Shown here: positions 1-25,019 of the stretch, piece after piece | Numbering within the stretch: the first letter of the stretch is position 1 | Layout of the letters: each line of letters starts with the position of its first letter | DNA from: the human T2T-CHM13v2.0 reference genome, Homo sapiens | Assembly: GCF_009914755.1 (NCBI RefSeq) | Contig: NC_060937.1 | Strand: one strand, 5' to 3' | DNA length: 64,000 bases | Made by a program: the position numbers and the translations under genes | The notes under the pieces: model-generated | The model's input: the letters and a program-made list of their open reading frames with translations, nothing else | Told to the model about the DNA's origin: nothing | Databases searched by the model: none

Positions 1-347
1 AAGTAACCCAGACAAAAATAAAAGAAAAAAGAACTGAAAAACAAAGCCCTTAAGAAATATGGGATTATGTAAAGTGACCAAACTTATAACTTATTGGCAT
101 TCCTACAACAGAAGAATAAAAAGTAACCAACTAGGAAAGTATATTTAAGGGAATAATTTAGGAAAAGTTCTCTAGTCTTGCTAGAAAGGTTGACATTCAG
201 ATATAAGAAATTCAGAGAACACCTGTGGCATAGTAAATAAGATGCCCATTCCTAAGGCATCCACAGTCATTAGAATAGCCGTGGTCAGTGCACAAGAAAA
301 TATATTAAAGGCAGCCCAAACAAAGGACCAAGTTACCTATAAATTAA

Positions 348-818
<471 letters not shown>

Positions 819-2313
819 TAAGGGAAGTCATTACCTCCAGACTGACTCTAAAAGAAATGTTTAAAGGAGTTTGACTAGTGAAAATAAAAGAATGATACTT
901 GCTACCATAAAAGCACACGTGAATACAAAATGTACAGAACCTATAAAGCAATTAAACAATTGAGACTACAAGGTAACTAGCTAATGCTATAAAAGGAAGA
1001 AAACCTAACACATCAATATTAAGCTTGAATGTAAATGGCTGAAATGCTCCACTTAAAAGACACAGAGTGGCAAACTGGATAAAAAAACAAGACACTTCTG
1101 CTGCCTTTGAGAGACCCATCTCATGTGTAATGATACCAACAGGCTCAAAGTAAATGGATGGAAAATGATTCATCACATAAATGAAAAACAAAAAAGGAGA
1201 GGTATTGCTATTCTTGTATCAGATAAAACAGACATTAAACTAACAACAGTAAAAAAAAAATACAAAGAATGACATTATATAATGAAGAAGTGTTCAATTC
1301 AACAAGAAGACTTAACTGTCTTAAATATATATGCAGCCAACATTGGAGCACCCAGATTTTTAGAATAAATATTACTAGACCTAAGAAAAGAGATACACAG
1401 CTGTACAATAATCGTGGAGGACTTCAACACCCCACCGACAGCAGTAAGCAGATTAGTTAGGCAGATTATTAGGCAGAAAACTAACAATGAAACTGTGGAC
1501 TCAAATTGGGCTCTTGACCAAACAGACCTAATAGATATCTACAGAATACTCCACCCAGAAACCATAGAATGTACATTTTTCTCATTTGCACATGGAACAT
1601 TCTCCAAAATTGACCACATGCTCAGTCATAAAATAAGCCTCAATAAATTTTTAAAAAATCACAACTATATTAAGTATCTTCTCAGACCACTGTGGAATAA
1701 AATTAGAAGTCAATATCGAGAACTCGCAGAACCACAGAGGTACATGGAAACTAAACAATCTGCTCGTGAATGACTTTTGTGTAAATAACAGAATTAAGGC
1801 AGAAATTTAAAGAAATTCCTGAAACAAATGAAAATAGAAACATAACATACCAAAACGTCTGTTATACAGAAAAAACAATGTTAAGAGGAGAGTTTATAAC
1901 ATTAAATGCCTACATAAAAAGAGAGAAAGACCTCAAATTAACAAGCTAAAATAGCCAAACACACTAGAAAAGAACAAACCAAACCCAAAGCTAGTAGAAG
2001 GAAATAACAAAGGTTAGAGAATAAGGTAATGAAATCAGGACCAAAAAAACCATACAAGGAGTCAGCAAAATTAAAAAGTTGGTTCTTTGCAAGGACACAT
2101 ACAAATGATAGATTGCTAGTTAGATTATGCAAGAAAAAAGAAGATTCAAATAAGCACAATCAAAAATGACAAATGAGACATTGCAAAGGATACCACCGAC
2201 ATAAAAAAAGATCCTCAGAATATCTTTGTGTGCAGAAACTAGAAAACCTAGAGAAAATGGATACATTCCTGCAAACACACCACCTTCCAAGACTGAATCA
2301 GAAAGAAACCAAA

Positions 2314-3373
2314 AGTCCACTAGGGCAGTGCCAACAGGAAATGTGGGATTGAAGCCTCCACACAGAGTCCCCACTGGGGCACTACATACTGGAGCTGTGG
2401 GAATGGGGCCGCCACCTTGAGATCCCTGAATGGTAGAGCCATGGGAAACTTTCATCCTGAGCCTAGAAATACCACAAGCATGCAACTCTGATCCAAGACA
2501 GCAGCCATGGTGACTGTACACTGCAAAGCCACAGAGGCAGAGCTGCATAAGGTCTTGGGAACCCACCCCTTGCACAAGTGTGCCCTGGATGCGGGACATG
2601 AAATCAAGAATTATTTTGGAGCTTGAAGGTTTAATGTCTGCCCTACTGGGTTTCAGATTTGCCTGAGGCCTGTTGCCCCTTTCTTTTGCCCAACTTCTCC
2701 ATTTGGGAATGGGAATATTTACCCAACACCTGTACTGCATTGAATATTGGAAGCAAATAAGTTGGTTTTGATCTCATAGGCTCATAGATGGAGGAATGTA
2801 CCTTGAAGCTCAGATGAGATTTCGGACTTTTGAGTTGATGCTGAAACAGCTTGAGATTTTTGGGGACTACTGGGGGAGGATAATTGTATTGTGCAATATG
2901 AGAAGGACATGAGATTTGGGAGCCATAGGGATGAAATGACATTGTATTGTGCAATATGAGAAGGACATGAGATTTGGGGGCCATAGGGGTGAAATGACAT
3001 TGTTTGCATGTGTTTACCCTCCAAATCTCTTGTTGAATGTGACCTTAAATGTTGGTGGTGGGCCTAGTGGAAGGTGTTGAATCATGGGAGTGGACCCTTC
3101 ATAAATTGCTTAGCTCCATCCCCTTGGCGATCAGCAAGTCCTTGCTCTGTTGTGTCACACGAGAGCTGGTTGTTTAAAACACCCTGCCATGTTCCCCTTC
3201 TTGCTCTTGATTTCTCTCTTGACACGTGATACACTGGCCCTCCCTTTGCCTTCCTCTGTGATTCGATGCTTTCTGAGGTCTCACCCAAACCTGAGCAGGT
3301 GCTGGTCCCATGCTTCTACTGCCTGCACAACTATAAACCAAATAAATATTTTTTCTCTATAAATTTAAAAAAA
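2314..3373 (+). mobile_element. ERVL-MaLR (MST/THE1-like) internal 3' end plus LTR truncated shortly after its poly(A) signal
   Basis: MaLR-int motifs (cacacagagtccccactggggcac, ggagctgtg). Purine tract then LTR start TG at ~2995. AATAAA 3341-3346, A7 at 3367-3373, then L1 resumes. Confidence 0.85.
2883..2998 (+). repeat. 58-bp tandem duplication spanning the MaLR PPT/LTR junction
   Basis: attgtattgtgcaatatgagaaggacatgagatttggg(a/g)gccataggg(a/g)tgaaatgac at 2883 and 2941, followed by attgt again. Confidence 0.95.
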
Positions 3374-3861
3374 TCTGAACAGACCAGTAGTTAATTATGA
3401 AACTGAATTTGTAATAAAAATATTTGTCAAGCAGGAGAAGCCCAGGACTAGATGAATTCACAGCTGAATTCTACCAAACATACAAAAAAATAGATGGCAT
3501 CAATCTTACTGCAACCATTCTAAAACATTGAGGAGAAGGAATTCCTCTCTAACTCATTCTACAAAACCAGTATCATCCTGACACTAAAATCTAGCAAGGA
3601 AACAACAACAACAAACTACAGGCCAATATCTGATGAACATAGATGCAAATATCCTCAACAAAATGATAGCAAACCAAATCCATCAGCATATCAAAAATGT
3701 AATTCATCGTGATTACATAGGTTTTATTCCTGAGATGCAAGGACTATTTAACATATGCAAATCAATAAATGTGATTTACCACATAAACAGAATTTAAAAC
3801 AAAAATCATATGATTATCTCAATAGATGCAGATAACAACATTCAATAAAATTCAACATCCT

Positions 3862-4170
3862 TGCCAGGTGCAGTGGCTCACACCTGTAATCCCAGCACTT
3901 CGGAAGGCAGAGGTGGGGCAATCAACAGAGGTCGGGACCAGCCTGACCAACATGGAGAAACCCCATTTAGAACTAAAAATGCAAAATTAGCTGGGCGTCG
4001 TGGCGCATGCCTGTAATCCCAACTACTCAGAAGGCTGAGGCAAAAGAATGGCTTGAACCCGGGAGGTGGAGGTGGCAGTGAGCCAGGATCACACCACTGC
4101 ACTCCAGCCTGGGCAACGGAGCGAGACTCCATCTCAAAAAACCAAACCAAACCAAACCAAAACAAAAAAA
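3862..4170 (+). mobile_element. AluS with (AAACC)n tail; L1 does not resume after it
   Basis: Alu consensus match, with a deletion in the left arm. Confidence 0.93.
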
Positions 4171-4239
4171 CCCTGAAATCATATTAATTATTTTTTCTGA
4201 CAGGAGTGGAAGAGTATTAAAAAATCAGTAACAGCAGGA

Positions 4240-5535
4240 ATTTTTTTCCCGACCGTCTTTGGCTCCCTCTCTCGCCACCCTTTTTCTTCCTCCATCTACC
4301 CCAAAACTTTTTCCCCACCATTTTTTCCCCACTGTCTTTTTGCAAAGCCTTCTATACTTTACCGCTCACTTCTGTTTTCCCCACCCATCTACCCCAAAAC
4401 TTTTCCCCACCGTCTTTTCTCCCTCTCTCTGGCCACCCTTTATTCTGCCTCCCGCTCTCATCATCCTCTTTTGCTCCTTCATCTCCCCAAAAACATTTCC
4501 CTCATCTTTTCCCAAAGCCTTCTCCCCACTCCTGCTGCTCGCCACCCTCTCTTTCCCCTTCCGTCTACCCAAAAACTGTTTCCCTATCGTCTTTTTTCCC
4601 TTCCTCCTTGCCACACTTTCCCTTCTCCATCTACCCAAAAACATTTTCCCGCCGTCTTTTTGCAAAGCCTCTTCTCTACTCCTGCTCACCACGCTCTTTT
4701 AACCCATCTACCTCCCCAATTTTTCCCTGCCATCTTTTCACAAAGCCTTCCCCTCTTCCCGCTCGCCCTCTTCTTCCTCTATCCTGCTTGCCACCCTCTT
4801 TTTGCCCTCCATCTACCCCAAACTATTTTCCCCATCGCCTTTTTCCCAGTCCTCTTTCCCCACTTCCTCTGGCCACACTTTCTATTCTCCTCCCGCTTGC
4901 CACCCTCTTTTCCCCCTCCATCTACCCAAACACTTTTTACCCACTGTCTTTTCTTTCTACACTTTCTTTTCTGCCTATGGTCTTTTCGCAAAACCTTTTC
5001 TCTTTCCCGCTCGCCACCCTCTTTACCCTTCTCCCACTGGCCACCCTCTTTCCCCCCTCCATCTACCCAAAAGCTTCTCTCCTCACTGTCTTTTTGCAAA
5101 ACCTTCTCTCCCTCCTGCTCGCCAGTCTCTTTTCCCCCCCCTCTCTGCAACCTCTTTTCTCCTCCCACTTGTCACCCTTTTCCCCCCTCCATCTACTCAA
5201 AATCTTTTTACCCACAGTCTTCTTTCCCTTTCTTCTCTCCCCACCATATTTTTGCAAACCTTCTCTCCTTCCTGCTCATCCCCGTTCCCCTCTCACGACC
5301 CTCTCTTACCCCCTTCCATCTACCCAAAAACTTTTTCCCCACCATCTTTCTGTGAAACCTTCCCTCCCTCCTGTTCACCACCCTGTTTTTCCCCCTCCAT
5401 CTACCCCCCAATTTTTTTTTCCCAACATCTTTTCCTCACCATCTTTATGCAATGCCTTCTCCGGCTCGCCATCCTTTTTTCCTTTTGGCACTAACCACCC
5501 TCTTTACCCTTCCATCTATCCCAAAACTATTTTCC
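4240..5535. repeat. Pyrimidine-rich degenerate tandem array with core CCATCTACCCAAAA
   Basis: About 13 copies of the core (e.g. 4292, 4385, 4627, 4809, 4918, 5059, 5189, 5316, 5397, 5512), spaced ~65-140 bp. The + strand is overwhelmingly C/T. Confidence 0.92.
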
Positions 5536-6130
5536 CCTTCCTACCTTTCCAGCCACACTACAGTGTCTGTCGCCACCAACTGCAGGGAGGCCAGCCACAG
5601 TGCAGCAGGCTACAGCCTCCAGTCTGTCCTGTTCCTCTAAGCCAGGCTCGGAGCAGCTTGGTGAGCAGACACAGAAGAACCTGGAATAGCCTGACTCTTC
5701 TTCAGCACCATTTATGTACTGAAGTTATGCATATGCGGTTCGTGGACTACACGTTCCAGGATTGGATAAGAGAAAGCCCAGAGGCCTACTCTGATTGGAC
5801 TTTGTTATCATGTTCTGATTGGATGAAAGAAAGTCTTAGGACAACCAATCAGTGTATGAAAATAAAGTCCAATCAGAGAAGGTCTAGAGATTTTCTCTCA
5901 CCCAATCAGAACACGTAGTCCAGAAACCATGCGCGTAACCCCATGTGCATGCTGAGTAGGCCTCACGCCAATTTAGGGTCTCCGGTATCTCCCGCTGAGC
6001 TGCTCTGTTCCCGGCTTAGAGGACCAGGAGAAGGGGGAGCTGGAGGCTGGAGCCTGTAACACCGTGGCTCGTCTCACTCTGGATGGTGGTGGCAACAGAG
6101 ATGGCAGCGCAGCTGGAGTGTTAGGAGGGC
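5535..6130. repeat. ~600-bp degenerate palindrome centred near 5833 (probably the REP522 core)
   Basis: Arms align by eye as reverse complements along their length, e.g. ctctgattggacttt / aaagtccaatcagag and tcctctaagcc / ggcttagagga. The REP522 name is from recall. Confidence 0.85.
5725..5965. promoter_or_regulatory. TATA-less, probably bidirectional promoter: three ATTGG plus three CCAAT (NF-Y) boxes, mirrored GGACTAC/GTAGTCC and NRF1-like motifs
   Basis: ATTGG at 5761, 5794, 5818; CCAAT at 5845, 5869, 5902; ggactac 5744; gtagtcc ~5915; lies directly upstream of BAGE exon 1. Confidence 0.75.
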
Positions 6131-6180
6131 GGCCTGAGCGGTAGGAGTGGGGCTGGAGCAGTAAGATGGCGGCCAGAGCG
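5966..6180 (+). other. BAGE: BAGE exon 1 (5' UTR plus first 5 codons)
   Basis: Matches the recalled 5' end of the BAGE cDNA (cgccaatttagggtctcc...). Donor GCG|GTAAGA at 6180/6181. The start coordinate is approximate. Confidence 0.88.
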
Positions 6181-6240
6181 GTAAGATGGCGGCTGGAGCG
6201 GTAAGAGTGCAGCCTGAGCGGTAGGAGGGTGGCTGGCAGC
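6121..6240 (+). repeat. 20-bp tandem repeat (~6 units) overlapping the BAGE start codon and donor
   Basis: ttaggagggcggcctgagcg / gtaggagtggggctggagca / gtaagatggcggccagagcg / gtaagatggcggctggagcg / gtaagagtgcagcctgagcg / gtaggagggtggctggcagc. Confidence 0.95.
6166..6180 (+). CDS. BAGE: BAGE coding part 1 (MAARA)
   Basis: aagATGGCGGCCAGAGCG in strong Kozak context, then a phase-0 GT donor. Confidence 0.9.
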
Positions 6241-6394
6241 TGGAGCTGCTCTTGACCAGCTAGAGGCCTAGGAGAAGGTGGGGACCGTGCCCAACGCTGG
6301 CGGCTGGAGCCTTGGCCACCGCGGCTCGCCTGGCTGCGGTTGGAGGTGGCGACGGAGACTGCATCTCTGTTAGAGTAGTAGAAAGGTGGCAGGG

Positions 6395-7125
6395 TAGGTG
6401 CGCTCTCTGCAGCTGCACTGCCCGCTTGCGGGGTGGTGGGGGAGCGGGTTTGGTGTGCTTTTGGAGCTGCACTGCCTGCCGTGGGGGGCTGGTGGGTGGC
6501 ACTATCAGGTGTTGAATTGCTGGCAGTGGGGCAGGTTTGCTGCGCTATCAGAGTCTACACTGCCTAAGGTGGCGGGGGGTTGGAGGCAGGTTGTGTGTGC
6601 TGTCGTGCACTGCCAGCAGCGGGTGGTGGGGGATTAGGGGCATTATTAGCTGCTACACTGGCCGATGCAGGGGACGGGTTTGGTGAGCTATCGTGAGCTA
6701 CAATGTCAGCAACAATGCCAACTGGCAGGCAGTCGGGGGTGCTTTAGGGGAGCTGTGAAATGTTGCATTGTCTGTGGGGGAAAGGGGAAGGTGGGGTCCA
6801 GGGGTTTGTTGGGTGCACTACCCCGGGCGTTCACTGCCTGTGACAGGAACAGACTGGGGGCGCTATCTGGGGCTATACTGCTTGTGGTCCGGGTGGGGGG
6901 CGGGTTTGATGGGGTGCTATTTGGTGCTGCAACACCCGTGGCGGGGATGGGTTGTGGACACTATCGAGTGTTACACTGCCAGGAGCAGAGGGGTCGTTTG
7001 GGGGCGCTATCAGTGTTACACTGCCTGCAGCAGTCTCTGGGTGTGTTGTGGGCACAATCCGGGGGCTAAGCTTGTGGTGGAGGGGGCAGGTTAGGGGCGC
7101 TATGGGGGGAAGCTGCACTGCTGCT
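6395..7125 (+). repeat. G-rich degenerate minisatellite, ~45-50 bp period, core GCGCTATC..GCTACACTGCC
   Basis: About 14 cores (6400, 6455, 6499, 6542, 6640, 6685, 6815, 6860, 6914, 6958, 7004, 7097 and others) separated by G-run linkers. Confidence 0.85.
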
Positions 7126-7669
7126 TCCAGCAGCAGGTTGTGGAGGTGGCCACGACAGTGGTGGCCTCTGAGGAAGAGGCCCTTCTCCTCTTCCCGGACT
7201 CAAGGCTCTAGAGTGTGAACAACTTCTGCTCGTGTTGGAGCGCGGAGGGTGCACAGAGTTTTTGCGGCAATCCTCTGACCACTGCAGGGCCCTCACACCC
7301 ACCATGGTTACCAGGCCCTTGCCCTCTTGCTCTGTGTTGTGGGGGCCATCTGGGAGCCCCAGGCATGGAGTAGTGGGCACCACGGGGGCTCAGGGTCCTG
7401 TGGGTGGAGGAGTAAGGAATGGGAACTGGTACTTGGGTTGGGAGGACTGGCTGGGTCTGAGTTTCTGCTGTTCTTGCTCCCCAAGGAGCCGCGGACACTG
7501 TGGTGTCTCCAGTCCCCACCCCAGGTCAGGAGGCCAGCTTGGTCTAGGAGGAGAGGCTGGACTTTGGAGGGTGGGTGTGAGTGCCTTCGCTGAAACCGGC
7601 CCCAGCCACCCAGTGGGCAGCATGACAGGGTGAGGCTCTAACACTGCCACTTTCTGCATCCTATTGTAG

Positions 7670-7786
<117 letters not shown>

Positions 7787-8645
7787 GGTTGTGGCAGCCA
7801 CGGTGATGGAGACGGCAGCTCAACAGGAGCAATAGGAGGGTAACCGTGGAGGCCAAGTGGTAGGATCCTTGGAGGGTGGGCAGGTGCATGGAGGGTGACA
7901 GCAGCGCTGATTCCTTTGGTGTCGGCACTAATGGTGGCAGCAGCAGCAAGTCTAGGGGCCAGGAAGGGGAAGTAGGAGAGCTTTGGGGCCCGGCCTGGCC
8001 TGGGGTGGGTAAGAAGCTGCTGGTTCTGTACTGCAGGCCTCAGTGACAGTGGTGGAGGTGCAGCCAGGGCAAGGAGGAGTCCTCCCCTTTCTCCTGTGGT
8101 CTCTGGTCTCTGGAGGGTGCCCTCCTTCTGCTGGCATCTGAGCCAGGTGTGAGTGGCAGCATTGTTTCATTCTTAACAGAATTTAGGGGCTTACTATTTG
8201 TGTATCTTTTTGTTTTTGGTTGTGATAACCCTTAAGGGACAAAAGGCTTCTTTGGCTGGGTTTTGGCGTCGTGGGATCCCCCCATGTAAGACACAGGGTG
8301 CTTTCCTGGCAAGCTGTGTGTTGGAGGGAGTTCACCAAGGGGAAGAAAGGGAACCTCTCAGGAAGGTGGCTGCTGTGGCAGGTCCCCTGCCTCTGGGCAC
8401 CCTTTGGGCCACCTAGTTTCCCCTGTGGAAGAGGCGAGGCTTAGACCGGTATCACTTGTATCATCAAAGAGGCATCCTGGCTGGGCCAGTTGATTTGACC
8501 TTCCCACTTCTTCAGCCCACCTGCCCATGGTGTCACCTGGGGAAAGTGGAACCTCAGGCCACAGGGGCAGAGGCTTCTCCGGCAGGCTGATTGCTATAGA
8601 GGATTCTGTTCTGCCTGCTGCTCAGGAGGGCTTCTATGGCCACCG

Positions 8646-9736
<1,091 letters not shown>

Positions 9737-10211
9737 TTTTTCTGAATTTTATTATTTGTGTTTCTTGTGAATTATCCGGTCGTGTTTTGTCCATAGTTTA
9801 TTGGGGTGGGGGCATTCTAACTGTTTCGTATTATTAATTTAAGCTTGTTGTATGACATACTTTAAGACATTTGCTCTAAGAATTTCACCTCATTTCATTG
9901 TATAGGTAATTATCTTTTGTGCAGTGAAAAGTCCCATTATTTCTTTTAGTTCCTTTAAGATTTTATTCAATTATTTATAGAAGTAGTAAGATAAATATTT
10001 GTAGATTAGGTAAACAAAGCATTAGAATTTTTGACTTTTAGAAAGTAAAAAACATTTGATTTAATGTCTATTTTTGTTCATTACCATTTTTTATCTAATT
10101 AATAGAACACAGTACTGGAAGGAGGAACAAAAATTTAATCATGATATTGCTGTTTTTCATAATAATCTAGGACTAGTAATAAGTCCTCTCTTTCATCAAG
10201 AAAATATTGAA

Positions 10212-13277
<3,066 letters not shown>

Positions 13278-14341
13278 TAAATGAAAATTTTCCTTTGTTA
13301 AATGGAAGAAAATAAGCTCTGTTTGGGATAGTGAGGCCCAAGTAGGACATCCTTGATACACATTGAAGATCTATTTATTTATTTATTTAAATTTTTTGCT
13401 CTGCAAAATTGACCAGAGTATTAAGATCATTTTAATTGGTTAGTATTTAAGTTTTGACTTCCTGGCCAGAGATAGTAGATTGGAAAGGATTTAGAGATTT
13501 ACTGAGGGAGTTAACCCAAGATTTTAACATTGTGATGCAAAATGATGTTAAAACGCATTTGTTTCCCTTTTATTATTTAAAGAAATCCTAGATTTCTTTA
13601 AATAATACAAAGTAATTAAATGGACCTGTTGGGTTATTTGAAATTAAGCAGTAGACAGGGGAAGTTCTTGTAAGTGGTTACTAAAGCGTTAATCTTAGAG
13701 GCATTCTCCACTGGCTGTCCGTAGCAGCGTCCCTGATGTGGGCTTTGGAGAAATCCATCCCACCTTTTTTAGGTGCCTGCTTTACATCGGATCTACTTTC
13801 TCTACTCGTGCCTTTTCTTCCACCTTCTTCCCCCTGCTCTTTCTCATAGATTGTGTGGAGGTGGGAGAGAGGGAGGGAGAGGGAGATCAATTGATTGATT
13901 GTGTGTTGAGGGGGTGGGGGGGTGGGAGATTCTCAGGGCCATAAAAGTTGCACGAAATAAAATGCTCTTTTTTTTTTCTTCTGTGGGCCCTGCCATGAGA
14001 TCAGGTTGTCAGGACTTGATTGGGAGCCACGGATCCGGCCCTACTGAAAACATTGTTGCAGGATGGGATGGGATGAAGCTGAAAGTCTTACCAAGTGGTA
14101 TTATATCTGGCACAACAAACGGCCAGAACCCCAAAATACCCTAAGGATAAAAAGTTTTTGTTTGATACAAAAAGTTTATATTTGATACAAAAATATCATA
14201 GGATATTTTTGTATCTGGTTTGGAAGGATGACTTGAGTTGGATTGTACTGTTAAAGACAAAATGAACGATTGTATTTATTAAGTATTTAACCTTATTAAA
14301 GCATTAAGTATGATAGCACTAGTTATAGAGAATTGTTTGCG

Positions 14342-16431
<2,090 letters not shown>

Positions 16432-16619
16432 GAAACCCACCCAGTTTGATGAATTAGATACATGTTAAGTGAAACTATTTTTCAGATAGTGTAGAATTAA
16501 CTTCATTATGTTCACAATTAAATTCATATTAGACTGTTACCTATTCTAAGATATTTGATATTAACCCTCAAGGGACATTGGCTACATTTTTTTTTTTAAC
16601 AAAACCTTGTAGTTTATGT

Positions 16620-16972
16620 CAGTGGTCTCCAAACTTTTTGGCACCAGGGACTAGTTTTGTGGAAGATAGTTTTTTCCACAGACCCCAGGGGGAGCAGGGA
16701 GGGGATGGTTTTGGGGTGAAACTCTTCCACCTTAGGTCATCAGGCATTAGTTAGACAGTTAGATTCTCATAAGAAACACACAGCCTAGGTCCCTTGATGG
16801 TGCAGTTCACAATAGGGTTTGTGCTTCTATGAGAATCTAATGCCGCTGCTGATCTAGAGGAGGCCGAGCTCAGGTTAATGCTGGCTTGCCTGCCGCTCAC
16901 CTGCTGTGAGGCCTGGTTCCCAACAGGCTACCGACTGGTATTGGTCTGCAGCTAGAGGTGGGGGGAACCCTG
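16620..16972. mobile_element. MER1 (MER1B-like) hAT-Charlie non-autonomous DNA transposon
   Basis: cagtggtctccaaactttttggcaccagggac...gggggaaccctg terminal inverted repeats; ~350 bp. Confidence 0.88.
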
Positions 16973-17055
16973 AGTACGATAAACTATCTTCTAGAATAAT
17001 TTTTTTTAATATATTGAAGCAGTAGTGCCTAGTTTATAAGTAGACATATGTGTAG

Positions 17056-21082
<4,027 letters not shown>

Positions 21083-21361
21083 TACAGATACCTTTTAAGG
21101 TGGTTCTAAAGCCTCAGAAATTATTTATCCTGAAGAGGAAGGTTAAACTAAAGTTTTATTCATTGCATTATGGGGGAAAGTTTAGGCAGAGTATCTTACG
21201 GTTTTGTTTTTCATTAAAAGATCACTATTCTTTCAGATTTTAAGTCCATTTAAAAACTTCAAATAGTAATATATGTATGTAGTTGAAAAAAGTCTAATAG
21301 CCCAGAATGCTTGTAATAAGGATCAAGAATTCTGTTTCACTCCTTAGTGCCACTCTCCAAA

Positions 21362-23052
<1,691 letters not shown>

Positions 23053-23299
23053 CCAAAGGAAACTTTCAAATTATTTCTTCCTGTGGTATTGTTGTGACTA
23101 TATAGTATACGTATGTTATGATTTATGATTTATGATTGATTTCTGCTCTGATAAAGGAGGATTTGGCTTCTTTACATCTACTTCTCCAATAGATTTTTAA
23201 AAAATCACTTTTAATTTCTTTGCTAGTTATCTCTGCAGTTTATATCAGAACTTTCCTTCATGTTATATAGACTGTCGATCTTGATTTACCAATCAGTAA

Positions 23300-24650
<1,351 letters not shown>

Positions 24651-25019
24651 CCCTTAAAATTTTTTTAATGCTACTAATGTAGTGAGTCATATTAAGTGGG
24701 ATTATACATGTACCAAACTTATTTTTTCTTGAGTGACATTATTTCATGGTTATTTTAATTTGCATGCCTTATGATTGAGTTAAATTGATTATATTTGTCA
24801 CTTTTTTTTTGCAAACTGCCTACCAGTACCCTATTTTGGGTACTTTGCAGCTTCAAATAACAAAAATTTTAATTAAAAATGGCTTAAACTATAAATAAAA
24901 TTTACCTCACATGACTAGAAGTCCAGGTGTAATTCAATGGCTCAATTAAATTGTCACGGACCTAGATGGTTTTCATTTTCCTGCTGTTTTATACTCAGCT
25001 TGTTGTTGATAGTTGCTAA

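Noticed and set aside
1414-1773. Active L1 endonuclease or retrotransposition-competent L1
   Set aside because: Fragmentary, with stops, frameshifts and nested insertions.
4259-5918. Long Pro/Phe/Ser-rich ORFs (up to 436 aa)
   Set aside because: The pyrimidine-rich repeat lacks stop codons; several overlapping frames are open and no domain is evident.
6395-7125. Conserved core plus variable spacer pattern resembling a CRISPR array
   Set aside because: Cores are degenerate, spacers are low-complexity G runs, the context is primate and there are no cas genes. It is a minisatellite.
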